Shown: positions 41,333 to 51,452 of the stretch, in pieces
How the letters are laid out: every line of letters begins with the position of its first letter
Position numbering within the stretch: the stretch's first letter is position 1
Source of the DNA: a bacterium
GTDB lineage: Bacteria; SAR324; NAC60-12
DNA: 64,000 nucleotides
Reading direction: 5' to 3'
Assembly (NCBI GenBank): GCA_965209155.1
Contig: OZ242383.1
Coordinates: forward strand, 2,080,001-2,144,000
Program-made: the position numbers and the translations under genes
Notes under the pieces: generated by a model
Seen by the model: the letters and a program-made list of their open reading frames with translations, nothing else
The model's database searches: none
What the model was told of the DNA's origin: nothing

Positions 41333-42220
41333 TCACGAATTCATACTAACTTGTAAGTAACAATATTTCAGCCAGCTTGTGAAAAATGAATATCGATGCC
41401 CCCGCCAGCGGTTTATCATTGGATCCATCTCAAAGCCTGTAGACACATGGAAGTCAGAACTGTTATCATTTCGCTTCGCTTCACAGAGCAAACGCTGCGC
41501 GCTGTATTCCGGATGCCCCGTGTGCATGACGAAACGATGATCCGGTGTTTCGAATATGACATAACCACTTTCTCTGCCATAACCCAGTAAATTCAATCGT
41601 CCTTCCGCTTTGGCATGTTCCATCACTGAATCTTCTATCCCCATCCTGCAATTTTGTGGACAACAAAAGGTATCATCCAACTCGCCCGTAATCGGGTGAT
41701 AGTGATAGATATTTTTCAATTCGTAGACGCCAACCCGTCTTTGGCGAAAAGGTGCGCATGCAATTCCCTCCAGGTTGGCAAGAACCATCGCTCCTCCTCC
41801 AATTCCCATAGTGCTGGGACAATTTGCTTTAGCATGTGAAAGCAGCCGACAAATTTCTTGCCAACCAGGGATATGGTCAAGAGGGGCAGTTTCCAAAATC
41901 GTCCCGTGGACAATCAAGCCGTCCAGCGCTTGTTCTTGCAAGGCATCTTCATAAAATACGTAAAACTCCGGTATTTCATTTTTTCCCAAGGATTCACTTG
42001 CCCGCAGCTTGATCCAAACCGGATCGACTTGAATGATTGACAAACCCAGCGGGTGGAGGAGATTCAGTTCATCATGCATGTCAGTCTGCATAACCTGCAG
42101 AAACCCGATACGCATAGGACGAATGTCCTGTCTAATCGCTTCTTCCCTGCGGATACAAGTTACCCGATTGGCTTCCAAAATCGATTGGGCATGATAATTC
42201 TCAGGTAAAATGATCGTCAT
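41333..42220 (-). CDS. MetA (homoserine O-acyltransferase)-family protein with degenerate active site
   Basis: AIRQDIRPMRIG, DGLIVHG and GHPEY present; GIGGG replaces the G(I/L)CW nucleophile motif. Confidence 0.8.
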   Translation of the reverse strand: MTIILPENYHAQSILEANRVTCIRREEAIRQDIRPMRIGFLQVMQTDMHDELNLLHPLGLSIIQVDPVWIKLRASESLGKNEIPEFYVFYEDALQEQALDGLIVHGTILETAPLDHIPGWQEICRLLSHAKANCPSTMGIGGGAMVLANLEGIACAPFRQRRVGVYELKNIYHYHPITGELDDTFCCPQNCRMGIEDSVMEHAKAEGRLNLLGYGRESGYVIFETPDHRFVMHTGHPEYSAQRLLCEAKRNDNSSDFHVSTGFEMDPMINRWRGHRYSFFTSWLKYCYLQVSMNS

Positions 42221-42375
42221 AAAACCCAATAAGTCAAAACCCAAAAAATTTCAGCGCACGGTTACCTGGCCGCTGGTATGTAAGGCGTCGTCGTCGGTAT
42301 CGGTAAACCAAAATGCTCCATGGGTGTACTGAAAGTGGCGAGGTGTTTTTTTGACGAAGCGCGCACCATAAGTAT

Positions 42376-43254
42376 TCAGGTGATAGCTCGAAAGAACTCG
42401 AGATTGATTTCTGACGCGCCATTGGTCGCTAAAGTCTGTACGCTTACGTGGTCTGCTCCCGCATTCCAATGTTCTTCCAGTCGAAGATAGATCGCTTTCT
42501 CATCTCCCCAGGCCACAATCGCGTCTACCAGCCGGTCACTGGCGCCGTGTTCGAAATCTTCGTCGCCGAAACCCAAAGATTTGAGATTATTTCTGTAATT
42601 TTGCAGACGCAAATAACCGCGCATATGAGCCCTGGCGGTTTCTCTGGCCGAGGAGGGATTTTTATCGAAAACGACAGCTTGCTCCGGTGCCAACCATTTG
42701 TCTGCTCCAATGATTTCCCGGGCGCGGGCCGTGTGTTCCGGAGGAACGAAATAGGGGTGAGCTCCATTAGCAACTTCTCCAGCCAGTGCTAACATCTTTG
42801 GTCTCAAAGCTGCCAGAACGATCGGTACTTCATGTTCGGGTTTGGGACCATTGTAAGGACTGTTTCGCATTCTATTCAAATAGGTGCGCATCGTAGAGAC
42901 CGGCTTCCCGTATTTTTGATGCCAGATCGGACCCACTGATTCCCGGTGAGAGACTCCCAATCCCAAGACAAACCTTCCCTTAGACGATTCCTGCAACGTG
43001 TTGCAAGCGGCTTTCATGGCAACCGGATCCCTTGCGTAAATATTGGCAATTCCCGTGGCAAGACAGATCGAGTTCGTGCGCGCTGCTAAAAAATTCAAGT
43101 GCGCAAAGGGATCTCGTCCTACCGCCTCCGGAACCCAAAGGGCGGCCACTCCCTTCGATTCCAGTTCTTGCACGGTCCTCGTTACGACCTCGTTTGAAAA
43201 AGAATCCAAAAAAGCCCAAGCTCCTAATTTGCCAATTGTCTTTTTTAAATCCAT
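42376..43254 (-). CDS. LLM-class F420-dependent oxidoreductase (TIGR03620-like)
   Basis: ATGIANIYARDP, GRFVLGLGVSH, LAALRPKML, GAHPYFVPPEHT and AGADHV. Confidence 0.88.
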   Translation of the reverse strand: MDLKKTIGKLGAWAFLDSFSNEVVTRTVQELESKGVAALWVPEAVGRDPFAHLNFLAARTNSICLATGIANIYARDPVAMKAACNTLQESSKGRFVLGLGVSHRESVGPIWHQKYGKPVSTMRTYLNRMRNSPYNGPKPEHEVPIVLAALRPKMLALAGEVANGAHPYFVPPEHTARAREIIGADKWLAPEQAVVFDKNPSSARETARAHMRGYLRLQNYRNNLKSLGFGDEDFEHGASDRLVDAIVAWGDEKAIYLRLEEHWNAGADHVSVQTLATNGASEINLEFFRAIT

Positions 43255-43301
43255 CGAATCACTCCTTGTTTGATTAAAATGTAAAAATTTCAGGCTCAGG
43301 G

Positions 43302-43489
43302 ACGTGAATCAGGAGTTAAAAAAGGTATCATTCCTGGCTTGACCAGGAACCCAGGGGGATACGGGCGATATACGGATGCCGGATCATCCCGGTCCCGGAT
43401 CCAGTCCGGGAGGATCCGGGACCAGCATGACACATCATAAATATTAAATTATTGATTTTATATATTAAATTTCAACTTCTGATTCACAT
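43302..43489. mobile_element. MITE copy 2 (188 bp)
   Basis: TIRs acgtgaatcaggagtt / aacttctgattcacat; ctcaggg repeated at 43295-43301 and 43491-43497. Confidence 0.85.
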
Positions 43490-43594
43490 ACTCAGGGATA
43501 AAAATGTATGACTGACTTCAGATTATAAAAACTTCGATAAAATATCAAATCCTTCGCATGAGCATGGTCTTGCAACTAACGTTATATTTTCATA

Positions 43595-43860
43595 ACGTGA
43601 ATCAGGAGTTAAAAAAGTGTCATTCCTGACTTGACCAGGAACCCAGGGGGATACGGGCGATATTTTGGATGCCGGATCCTCCTGGTCCCGGATCCAGCCC
43701 GGGAGGATCCGGGACCAGCATGACACATCATATCTATTAAATTATTGATTTCATAACGTGAATCAGGAATTAAAAAAGGTGTCATTCCTGGCTTGACCAG
43801 GAATCCAGAGGTAGGCAGCCAGACTGAAATCTGGATTCAGGGTCTTCGCCCGGAATGGCA
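43595..43860. mobile_element. MITE copy 3 (lacking right TIR) fused to partial copy 4
   Basis: acgtgaatcagga starts at 43595 and 43756, each preceded by tttcata; internal sequence matches copies 1 and 2. Confidence 0.8.
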
Positions 43861-43989
43861 TATACACCAAGATACTCAATTATTGAAGATTTATGTCGAA
43901 ATCAGGTTAACTATATAATATGGTCAGTACGAGTGATGAAGAGAGCTGGTAGAAAGAGCCAAATGCGACAGGAAAGGAGCTTGGATACC

Positions 43990-44403
43990 ATGAGTGAAGC
44001 GAAAACAAAAAAGACGGCAAAAAGCGTAGATACTTTCATTGAAGGCGTGGAGTCCGAACGTCGGGAGGATTGTCGCATCATCCTTGAAATGATGCGTGAT
44101 ATTACGGGAGAAGAGCCCGCGATTTGGGGAACCAGCATTATCGGGTTCGGCAGTTATCACTATAAATATGCCAGCGGTCATGAAGGTGATTCATTTCTGA
44201 CCGGATATTCTCCGCGCAAACAAGCATTGACGATCTATATCATGACGGGGTTTTCAAAGTATCAGGCTTTGCTGGACAAGCTGGGTCGATATAAAACGGG
44301 CAAATCGTGCCTTTACCTCAAGAAGCTGGCTGATGTCGATCTCGCTATATTGAGAAAACTGGTTCAAGAATCCGTGGCAACCATGACCAGGAAGTACAAA
44401 TGA
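43990..44403 (+). CDS. DUF1801 (YdhG-like) protein
   Basis: WGTSIIGFGSYHYKY, GYSPRK and GKSCLYLKKL. Confidence 0.88.
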   Translation: MSEAKTKKTAKSVDTFIEGVESERREDCRIILEMMRDITGEEPAIWGTSIIGFGSYHYKYASGHEGDSFLTGYSPRKQALTIYIMTGFSKYQALLDKLGRYKTGKSCLYLKKLADVDLAILRKLVQESVATMTRKYK

Positions 44404-44467
44404 ATGACTGGATTATTCTCTAACCAAACTGAAACCCGGAAATTCGGCGCATTGTTACTTTGCGCGT

Positions 44468-45034
44468 TCAATCTTTCTTTTTGAAGATACTGCTAACGGA
44501 GTCTTTAATGATGGACCCTACGACCGCCCCGGCATTGACGATATTGTCTTCTTCCGGAGTAAATTCTTCCCCTGATACTCGATTTTCCAGAAGTACGTGA
44601 AAATTGGCAGTGAATTGGTCAAACATTTTATTATTAATCGCTCGGATCATCCGGGCGCCAAACTGCGCGATGCGCCCTGTAATGGAAATGCGCATGCTAC
44701 AATGGACCTGCGTTGGTCCACCTTCTTCCTCATGAAGGTCCATCGCCATTTCCATGGTTGCGTTCCCTTTGCCTTGCCTGTCGCTTCCTCGACCTTTGAC
44801 TCTTAACCGGAAATGGACGTCATCCAATTCGGTAAATTTCACTTGCCCGTCAAAATTGGTAGTGACTGGCCCGATTTTGACCTTGATTTTCCCTTTATAT
44901 TCATTCTCTCCCAACGATTCCACAAGCTCAGCACCTGGCAGACAGGGCGCAATTTTCCATGGATCGGAAAGAAGCGACCAGACTACCGGACGCTTTGCAT
45001 TTGCCTGAAATTTTTTTTCAACTACTACGTCCAT
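44468..45034 (-). CDS. coxG: CoxG/SRPBCC family protein
   Basis: VW..L.DP..IAPCLPGAEL, VKIGP and GRIAQFG. Confidence 0.85.
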   Translation of the reverse strand: MDVVVEKKFQANAKRPVVWSLLSDPWKIAPCLPGAELVESLGENEYKGKIKVKIGPVTTNFDGQVKFTELDDVHFRLRVKGRGSDRQGKGNATMEMAMDLHEEEGGPTQVHCSMRISITGRIAQFGARMIRAINNKMFDQFTANFHVLLENRVSGEEFTPEEDNIVNAGAVVGSIIKDSVSSIFKKKD

Positions 45035-45047
45035 GCTCTCTCTGCAA

Positions 45048-45488
45048 TCAGGAAGGCTGCTCTTGCTCTACCGCTTCCATCACGGCTTCCCAGCCAAGAG
45101 TGGCACATTTCATTCTGGAGGGGAAACGTCGTACGCTTTCGAAGATTCGCAGTTTCTGGCTGAGGTCATTGCTTTCATTCAGTGGTTTTTTGGGATCGAT
45201 CAAGGTCTTCAAATTTAAATAAATTGATAAAATTTCATCCAATTCTTTTTGACGAATCACCTCCGTCATGATGGAAGCGGAAGCAATCGAGATGGCGCAA
45301 CCCCGTCCCCTGAATTTGATTTCATCGATTGTGCAATCGGACATTTTCAGATCGACTTGTACGTGGTCCCCACAGATCGGATTGTCTATTTCCGCCATAT
45401 GGGTGGGGTTTTGAATGCGGCCGAAATTTCTCGGATTTTTTTGATGATCCAGGATCAATTTTTGATAAAGTTGCAAAATATTGTTCAT
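45048..45488 (-). CDS. sufU: SufU/NifU-like Fe-S or sulfur-transfer protein
   Basis: LYQKLILDH, NPICGD, GCAISIAS and RMKCATL. Confidence 0.88.
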   Translation of the reverse strand: MNNILQLYQKLILDHQKNPRNFGRIQNPTHMAEIDNPICGDHVQVDLKMSDCTIDEIKFRGRGCAISIASASIMTEVIRQKELDEILSIYLNLKTLIDPKKPLNESNDLSQKLRIFESVRRFPSRMKCATLGWEAVMEAVEQEQPS

Positions 45489-45768
45489 GATTTCAATGGA
45501 CCGATTTTTTTGCTGAATTGAAAAATGAATCAAAGGAGAATAACATATCCGGGCAGGCCTTGGCAAGGTATTTAAGGCTTCCTGATAAACCTCGAGGAGG
45601 AATTGAACCTTTTGTTTTCATTTCAGAAATACACGAAACAGTAAATTCCAAGGAACCTGGCTGCCTGTTTGAGAATGGGAGATTCATTTTGACTGATGCT
45701 TTAATTTGCTGTAAATTTTCTATAAACCACACTGGACAACCAGTCCCAGATAATGAAAGCGGGAACCA

Positions 45769-46830
45769 ATGAAAGATATATGGAATGAAGTAATTCAGTG
45801 GTCACAAACAAAACCCTCTTTTGTCATCGCCAGGGTCATTCAAACCTGGCGATCAGCCCCACGGAAAGCAGGGGCGGCCATGTTGGTTGATCCGGAGATG
45901 AACGTGGTTGGCTCCGTAAGTGGGGGATGCATCGAAGGCGCGGTGATAGAAGAAGCCCTGCAAATTATGGAGACGGGAGAAAACAAATACCTGAACTTTG
46001 GTATCGATGACGACATGGCTTGGTCGGTGGGATTGGCATGTGGTGGGAAAGTCCAGCTATTTCTGGAAAAGCACTGGGCAATTTCGGAAAGTCCACAGGT
46101 AAAAAAAATCTGGGATAATTTGAAAAATGCAATTGAAGAAAAAAAATCGGTGGTCCTTCTCACTCGTGTGGACGCTACCACATCGATCCCCATGCTCGTT
46201 TATGAAGACGGAAAAACGACAGGAGCCTGGGATCATTTTGACGAGGAATTGAAGACCAAGAGCCTGGAAGCTCTTAAAACGCACAAAAATGACACCGTGC
46301 GATGGCATGAAGATAAAGTGTTCCTTCACACTTTCCCAACTCCCGATCAATTGATCATTATCGGTGCGGGTCACGTTACTATCCCATTGGTGCAACTTGC
46401 CCGGCAAATGGATTTTGAAACCTATGTCATTGATCCCAGACGAGTTTTTACCAACCCGGAACGTTTTCCCGTAAAACCAACAAGAATCATCCCCGAATGG
46501 CCCCAAGATGTCTTGAATGGTTGGAATTTTCATCAAAACATCTATGCGGTTTTACTGACCCATGATCCCAAGATCGACGATCCGGGCCTGAACATTTTAC
46601 TCAGGCAACCGATCCGTTACATTGGAGCATTGGGTAGCTGGAAAACCCACGCGAAGCGCGTAAAGCGGCTCCGGGAAGATGGACTGAGTGATACTGAAAT
46701 CAATCGCATCAGAGCTCCCGTCGGATTGGATATCGGGGCCGAATCGCCCAACGAAATTGCTTTGAGTATCCTCGCTGAAATCATACAAGAAAAACGAAAG
46801 GGTGTGGATGAACCCGCAAAACATGCATAA
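45769..46830 (+). CDS. xdhC: XdhC/CoxF-type molybdenum hydroxylase accessory protein
   Basis: GSVSGGCIEG, GLACGG, THDPKIDD, YIGALGS and APVGLDIGA. Confidence 0.92.
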   Translation: MKDIWNEVIQWSQTKPSFVIARVIQTWRSAPRKAGAAMLVDPEMNVVGSVSGGCIEGAVIEEALQIMETGENKYLNFGIDDDMAWSVGLACGGKVQLFLEKHWAISESPQVKKIWDNLKNAIEEKKSVVLLTRVDATTSIPMLVYEDGKTTGAWDHFDEELKTKSLEALKTHKNDTVRWHEDKVFLHTFPTPDQLIIIGAGHVTIPLVQLARQMDFETYVIDPRRVFTNPERFPVKPTRIIPEWPQDVLNGWNFHQNIYAVLLTHDPKIDDPGLNILLRQPIRYIGALGSWKTHAKRVKRLREDGLSDTEINRIRAPVGLDIGAESPNEIALSILAEIIQEKRKGVDEPAKHA

Positions 46831-46844
46831 GGGGAGGGAATCCT

Positions 46845-48461
46845 ATGGAAAGTACCATGATGGATTTTCCGTTGACGCTGACCATGATCATGCGTCGCGC
46901 AGAATTGTTTTTTCCTGAACAAGAAATCGTCACTCGACTTCCGGACAAATCCTTCCATCGTTACACATACCGGGAATGGATCCAACGTACCAAGAAGCTG
47001 GCGTTGGCCTTGAAAAAGCTGGGTGTGGAAGATGGTGAACGTGTTGCTACTTTTTGTTGGAATCATTTTCAACATTATGAACTCTACTTTGCCGTACCCG
47101 CCATGGGAGGCATAACTCACACACTCAACCTGCGTCTGGGAGTAGACGATTTAAGCTATATCATCAACCATGCGGAAGACCGGGTATTATTCATAGACGA
47201 CAGCCTGCTGCCCCTTTTTGAAAAGTTCCGTGACCGAGTCCATTTCCACCAGATCGTGGTCATTTCCAGGGACGGGAAAGTACCGGAAGGCATGCTCGAT
47301 TACGAGACGCTGCTGGCTCAAGAAGATGAGAATCAATTTGAGTATACAGACTGGGATGAGAGAAAAGCAATCTCCATGTGCTACACTTCCGGCACCACTG
47401 GTAAACCCAAAGGTGTCGTATTCTCTCACCGTTCTACTTTGCTCCACGCTTTGGTCACCTGTATGGCAACCACCTTGGCATTCAGTGAAAAAGACGTGTT
47501 GCTTCCGGTGGTACCCATGTTCCATGTGAATGCATGGGGGATCCCCTATGCGGCACCGATGGTGGGAAGCAAGTTGGTTTTTCCAGGTCCATACCTGGAC
47601 CCTCCAAGTTTGTTGGAAGCCTTCGAGCAGGAAAAAGTGACTTTCAGTGGGGGCGTCCCGACTATCTGGATAGGCATGCTCAAAGTCCTCGACGAGGATC
47701 CCGGGGCTTATGATCTTTCCAACATGCGTACCCTGGTTGTCGGTGGATCCAAAGTGCCTCGCAGTTTGATTGACGCATTCGAAATACGGCACGGACTAAA
47801 CATCGTCCAGGCATGGGGTATGACTGAAATGTCCCCTTTGGGAACCTACTACTCCACCAGACCCCATCTTGCGCAACTGGATCGAGATGCTCAACTCGAT
47901 TACCGTGCCAAGCAAGGACTGCCCGTCAATCTGGTGGAATATCGTATTCGAGGTGATGGAGGTTTTCTGAGATTCGATGGAGAAAGCATGGGAGAGTTGG
48001 AAGTCAGGGGGCCATTTATTACAGGCAGCTACTACAATTCTCCGGAGGGAAAAGAGAAATTTACTGAAGACGGTTGGTTAAAAACGGGAGATATAGTAAC
48101 ATTTGACAAAGATTGTTATCTGGAAGTGAAAGATCGTTCCAAGGACCTGGTCAAGTCCGGGGGAGAGTGGATCAGTTCCGTTGACCTGGAAAATACGCTG
48201 ATGGGTCATAAAGCGGTTTTCGAAGCTGCCGTGATTGCGGTGGCTCATGAAAAATGGCAAGAACGTCCCTTGGCCATTGTGGTTCTACATCAAGGAAAAT
48301 CAGTAACCAAAGAAGAACTGATGACTCTTCTCGCTCAAAAATTCCCCAAATGGTGGTTGCCCGATGACGTGGTATTTGTTGAAAGCATTCCCAAAACCAG
48401 CGTGGGAAAATTTAAAAAAGTAACCTTGAGGGAAATATATCGGGATCATCTGTTGGTGTGA
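46845..48461 (+). CDS. Long/medium-chain fatty acyl-CoA ligase
   Basis: YTSGTTGKPKG, WGMTEMSP and KSGGEWISS. Confidence 0.92.
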   Translation: MESTMMDFPLTLTMIMRRAELFFPEQEIVTRLPDKSFHRYTYREWIQRTKKLALALKKLGVEDGERVATFCWNHFQHYELYFAVPAMGGITHTLNLRLGVDDLSYIINHAEDRVLFIDDSLLPLFEKFRDRVHFHQIVVISRDGKVPEGMLDYETLLAQEDENQFEYTDWDERKAISMCYTSGTTGKPKGVVFSHRSTLLHALVTCMATTLAFSEKDVLLPVVPMFHVNAWGIPYAAPMVGSKLVFPGPYLDPPSLLEAFEQEKVTFSGGVPTIWIGMLKVLDEDPGAYDLSNMRTLVVGGSKVPRSLIDAFEIRHGLNIVQAWGMTEMSPLGTYYSTRPHLAQLDRDAQLDYRAKQGLPVNLVEYRIRGDGGFLRFDGESMGELEVRGPFITGSYYNSPEGKEKFTEDGWLKTGDIVTFDKDCYLEVKDRSKDLVKSGGEWISSVDLENTLMGHKAVFEAAVIAVAHEKWQERPLAIVVLHQGKSVTKEELMTLLAQKFPKWWLPDDVVFVESIPKTSVGKFKKVTLREIYRDHLLV

Positions 48462-48596
48462 TCGTCTCGACCCGGGGTGTGGCTCAGTGCTTTTCAGGCA
48501 AACTGGAAGCCGCTAAACATTGTAATGACAAAAACTTTCCTTCCCCCTGGGAAGCTGGAAAGAATAGATACGTTTACATGAATTGAAAGGGAACAA

Positions 48597-49367
48597 ATGA
48601 TTTTTGATCTAAGTGGAAAAGTTGCCATTGTGACCGGTTCGACTCGAGGCATTGGAAAAGCCATTGCCGGACAAATGGCGGAATTTGGCGCGAAAGTAGT
48701 CATTTCCAGCCGAAAAAGCGATGTATGTGAGGAAGTGGCCCGTGTTCTGAATGAAAAGTTGAAGGATAAACCCGGCGAAGCCACTCCGATTCCCTGCCAT
48801 GTTTCACACAAGGACCAGTTAAAGAACCTGGTTGATGAGACCCACGAACGTTTCGGAAAAATCGACATTCTGGTTGGCAATGCGGGAGTCAACCCATTTT
48901 ATGGATCTTCTGCCGATATCCCGGATTCGGCATTTGAAAAAATCATGGCCACCAACATCACTTCCAACCATTGGCTTTGCCAGTTGGTCATTCCGGACAT
49001 GCTGGAGAAGAATGCTGGATCGATCATCATTGTCTCATCAGTGGCGGGATTTCAAGGATCGTCCGTTTTGGGTGCATACGCGATCTCGAAAGCGGCAGAT
49101 TTGGCCTTGATTCGAAACATCGCCGTGGAATATGGTCCCCATAATATCCGAGCCAACGCCATTGCTCCCGGATTAATAAAGACGGATTTCGCCAAGGCGT
49201 TGTGGAGCAACCCGGAGACTTTGAAATTGGCAACGGAAGGCTATCCTTTGCGTCGTATTGGAGAACCCATTGAGTGTGCCGGAGCAGCCGTGTTCCTGGC
49301 TTCGGATGCCGCCAGTTTTATCACGGGGCAGTCTATCGTTATTGATGGTGGAGGTCTCATCGCCTGA
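48597..49367 (+). CDS. Short-chain dehydrogenase/reductase
   Basis: TGSTRGIG, NAG and YAISK. Confidence 0.93.
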   Translation: MIFDLSGKVAIVTGSTRGIGKAIAGQMAEFGAKVVISSRKSDVCEEVARVLNEKLKDKPGEATPIPCHVSHKDQLKNLVDETHERFGKIDILVGNAGVNPFYGSSADIPDSAFEKIMATNITSNHWLCQLVIPDMLEKNAGSIIIVSSVAGFQGSSVLGAYAISKAADLALIRNIAVEYGPHNIRANAIAPGLIKTDFAKALWSNPETLKLATEGYPLRRIGEPIECAGAAVFLASDAASFITGQSIVIDGGGLIA

Positions 49368-49374
49368 CTGAGGG

Positions 49375-50376
49375 TCAGAGGCGATAGATCCGAATTGCAG
49401 TATCTCGAAATAGAGCCCTTCGTTCATCCCCTGAAAAATCTTTGGTCATTTTCTTAAAGGAGTTCCACAGCACCGTATAAGAACATGAAACCTTGTCCAC
49501 CGGAAAATTGCTTTCAAACATGCAGCGATTGGGACCAAACTGGTCAATGGCGAACAGGTAGTAGCGGGACGTTGCCGCCACCAACTCATCGGAGGTGGGC
49601 GGTTTTTTCCGCTTGTGGAAGCCAAATCCGTTAATCGCCATCACTAAACCGCCCAGTTTGATCACCACGTTGGGACAGGTAGCCAACTCTTTCATTCCCT
49701 TTTTCCAATATTGAAAAACTTCCTCACGTTTGTCCGCATAAGGTCCAATCCCCAAGGGACCTGCCAGGTGATCGCAAATGATGGTGGTTTCCGGAAAGGA
49801 CCGGGCCAAGCTGACCAATTCTGGAATTTGAGGATGGAAAAGCCAGGCATCGAATGTCAAATCATATCGCTTTAAGACGGCAAATCCCTCCCTGAATTTA
49901 GAGTTCAAATATAACTCACGAGGGGGATTCGAGTGAGAAACCCGGATTGCGGGACTTTCATCCCAACTACATGAATGGCGGATGCCACGAAAGCGATTCG
50001 AACTGGCTGCCTGGTGGGCTTCCAGCACAGGGGCCACTTTTGTTCCGAGCAGGAGGTTGGCAAAGCTGACGATACCGGCAGCAACGTTAGTAGGTCCATA
50101 TTGACCACTGGCGCTTTGAGCCGCAATGCCTTGTACGAATTCCGTTTCTCCCACGGGTTTCATTTCATGGAGTCCACCCTTGCGATACATGGATGAACAT
50201 TCCAGAAAAACAGTCTCTTGTACCTTGTGTCCGCTGCCTGTGTCCTCGATCAATTCATCGAGCAAATAGCGGCTCTCCGGATAATCCCATAAATGGTGAT
50301 GCGGGTCGCAAATGGGTAACTCGGGCTCTATGGGCTTTTCTTTTGTCAATTCCAGCCATTCAGGATTCACTGGCAT
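49375..50376 (-). CDS. Amidohydrolase_2 family protein
   Basis: DPHHHLWD, DHLAGP and MFESNFPVD. Confidence 0.9.
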   Translation of the reverse strand: MPVNPEWLELTKEKPIEPELPICDPHHHLWDYPESRYLLDELIEDTGSGHKVQETVFLECSSMYRKGGLHEMKPVGETEFVQGIAAQSASGQYGPTNVAAGIVSFANLLLGTKVAPVLEAHQAASSNRFRGIRHSCSWDESPAIRVSHSNPPRELYLNSKFREGFAVLKRYDLTFDAWLFHPQIPELVSLARSFPETTIICDHLAGPLGIGPYADKREEVFQYWKKGMKELATCPNVVIKLGGLVMAINGFGFHKRKKPPTSDELVAATSRYYLFAIDQFGPNRCMFESNFPVDKVSCSYTVLWNSFKKMTKDFSGDERRALFRDTAIRIYRL

Positions 50377-50629
50377 CTATTTCACCCTTAAAATTTTAAA
50401 AATTTACGGAACTGGATCCACTAAAGCTTCAGGACTTTCAGAATAGCCTGATCTTAAAATTTATATCAATGAAAATTTAATACACCAGCAAATGGGATAA
50501 TTCAAGTTTTGTCGGGTCGTATAGCCGATCAATCAATCGCTGGATCCGAGGGTTGATCGTGTGAGAACAGGCACCAAATTTGCATTAATTCAAACAGCAA
50601 CCTCATTCACTAATTTTACAGGTCGAATC

Positions 50630-51304
50630 ATGATCAGCACATTGGAAATTGCGAGAAAGCTGGGCATCACCTGCGCCGCAGTCAACAAACGCGTTAAAAA
50701 ACTAGGAATCGAGAAGTTCAGGCAAGGGGCTTTTGCCTACATTTCCGAGCAGGATTTTGAACTCATTTTACAGTTTCCCGTAGAAGCAAGCGAACTATCC
50801 TCTTCAAATTCGTCAGACGGTAAATCATGCAGTAAATCTCCTCCGACGGATCCCCTGGTCTCTGAAAACCGAACCTTACGACGAGAACTGAAATTATTAA
50901 AACAAGAGCTTCAGCAAAAGAAATCGCAGAAAGAGGAACAACTCCGGATGTTTCAAGAAGACTCCGAAAATCACCGTCTCACAACCAATACGCAATTGCA
51001 GGAAAAGGAAAAAATGCTGCAGGAAGCAAGGCGTGAGCGCTCCGAATTACGGGTCCTCTTGTTTCGTCAACAGGACTTGACCAGTCACACTCAAAAGGAA
51101 CTGGAACAAGCGCAGGCGCAAATCAAACAGTTGCAACAACTGCCAATGGTGGAATTGCAAAAATGGATCAAATTGCTGGAGACCTCCCACGACACCTTTG
51201 CCAACAATATCAAATTGTTGAGCGACCCTCCGACTCCTCCGCTGATAGTCCATGAAGGAGGCAAAAAAGAGCAGCAGTCCTTTTATAAACAATTTGCCAA
51301 GTAA
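50630..51304 (+). CDS. N-terminal HTH plus long coiled-coil protein
   Basis: STLEIARKLGITCAAVNKRVKKL HTH-like segment followed by Q/E/K-rich heptads. Confidence 0.7.
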   Translation: MISTLEIARKLGITCAAVNKRVKKLGIEKFRQGAFAYISEQDFELILQFPVEASELSSSNSSDGKSCSKSPPTDPLVSENRTLRRELKLLKQELQQKKSQKEEQLRMFQEDSENHRLTTNTQLQEKEKMLQEARRERSELRVLLFRQQDLTSHTQKELEQAQAQIKQLQQLPMVELQKWIKLLETSHDTFANNIKLLSDPPTPPLIVHEGGKKEQQSFYKQFAK

Positions 51305-51452
51305 AAAGATGGACGGAGTGGCTTCCGGGAATGGCCTTGCTGCTATGGATCACCTGAAGGCCAATGGCGCCAGACATGAGCTTCGCGCCATGGTCTGTCA
51401 AACGTTGATTGATTGAAGAATTCAAGACTTTAAAAACACCATTCATTCTTCA

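Noticed and set aside
42245..42375. Possible SAM/SAH riboswitch upstream of the metA-like gene
   Set aside because: No recognisable consensus by eye; needs an Rfam scan.
42260..42378. UGA read-through (selenocysteine) of the LLM gene, given selB
   Set aside because: The TGA is at the expected family C-terminus, not at a Cys-equivalent position, and no convincing SECIS was seen.
43523..43726. 67-aa ORF, and similar ORFs at 24760-24942 and 32917-33160
   Set aside because: Translations of MITE/REP repeat sequence, not independent genes.
48472..48488. ccggggtgtggctcagt resembling a tRNA 5' end or att site
   Set aside because: No cloverleaf follows and it does not match the tRNA-Pro in this window.
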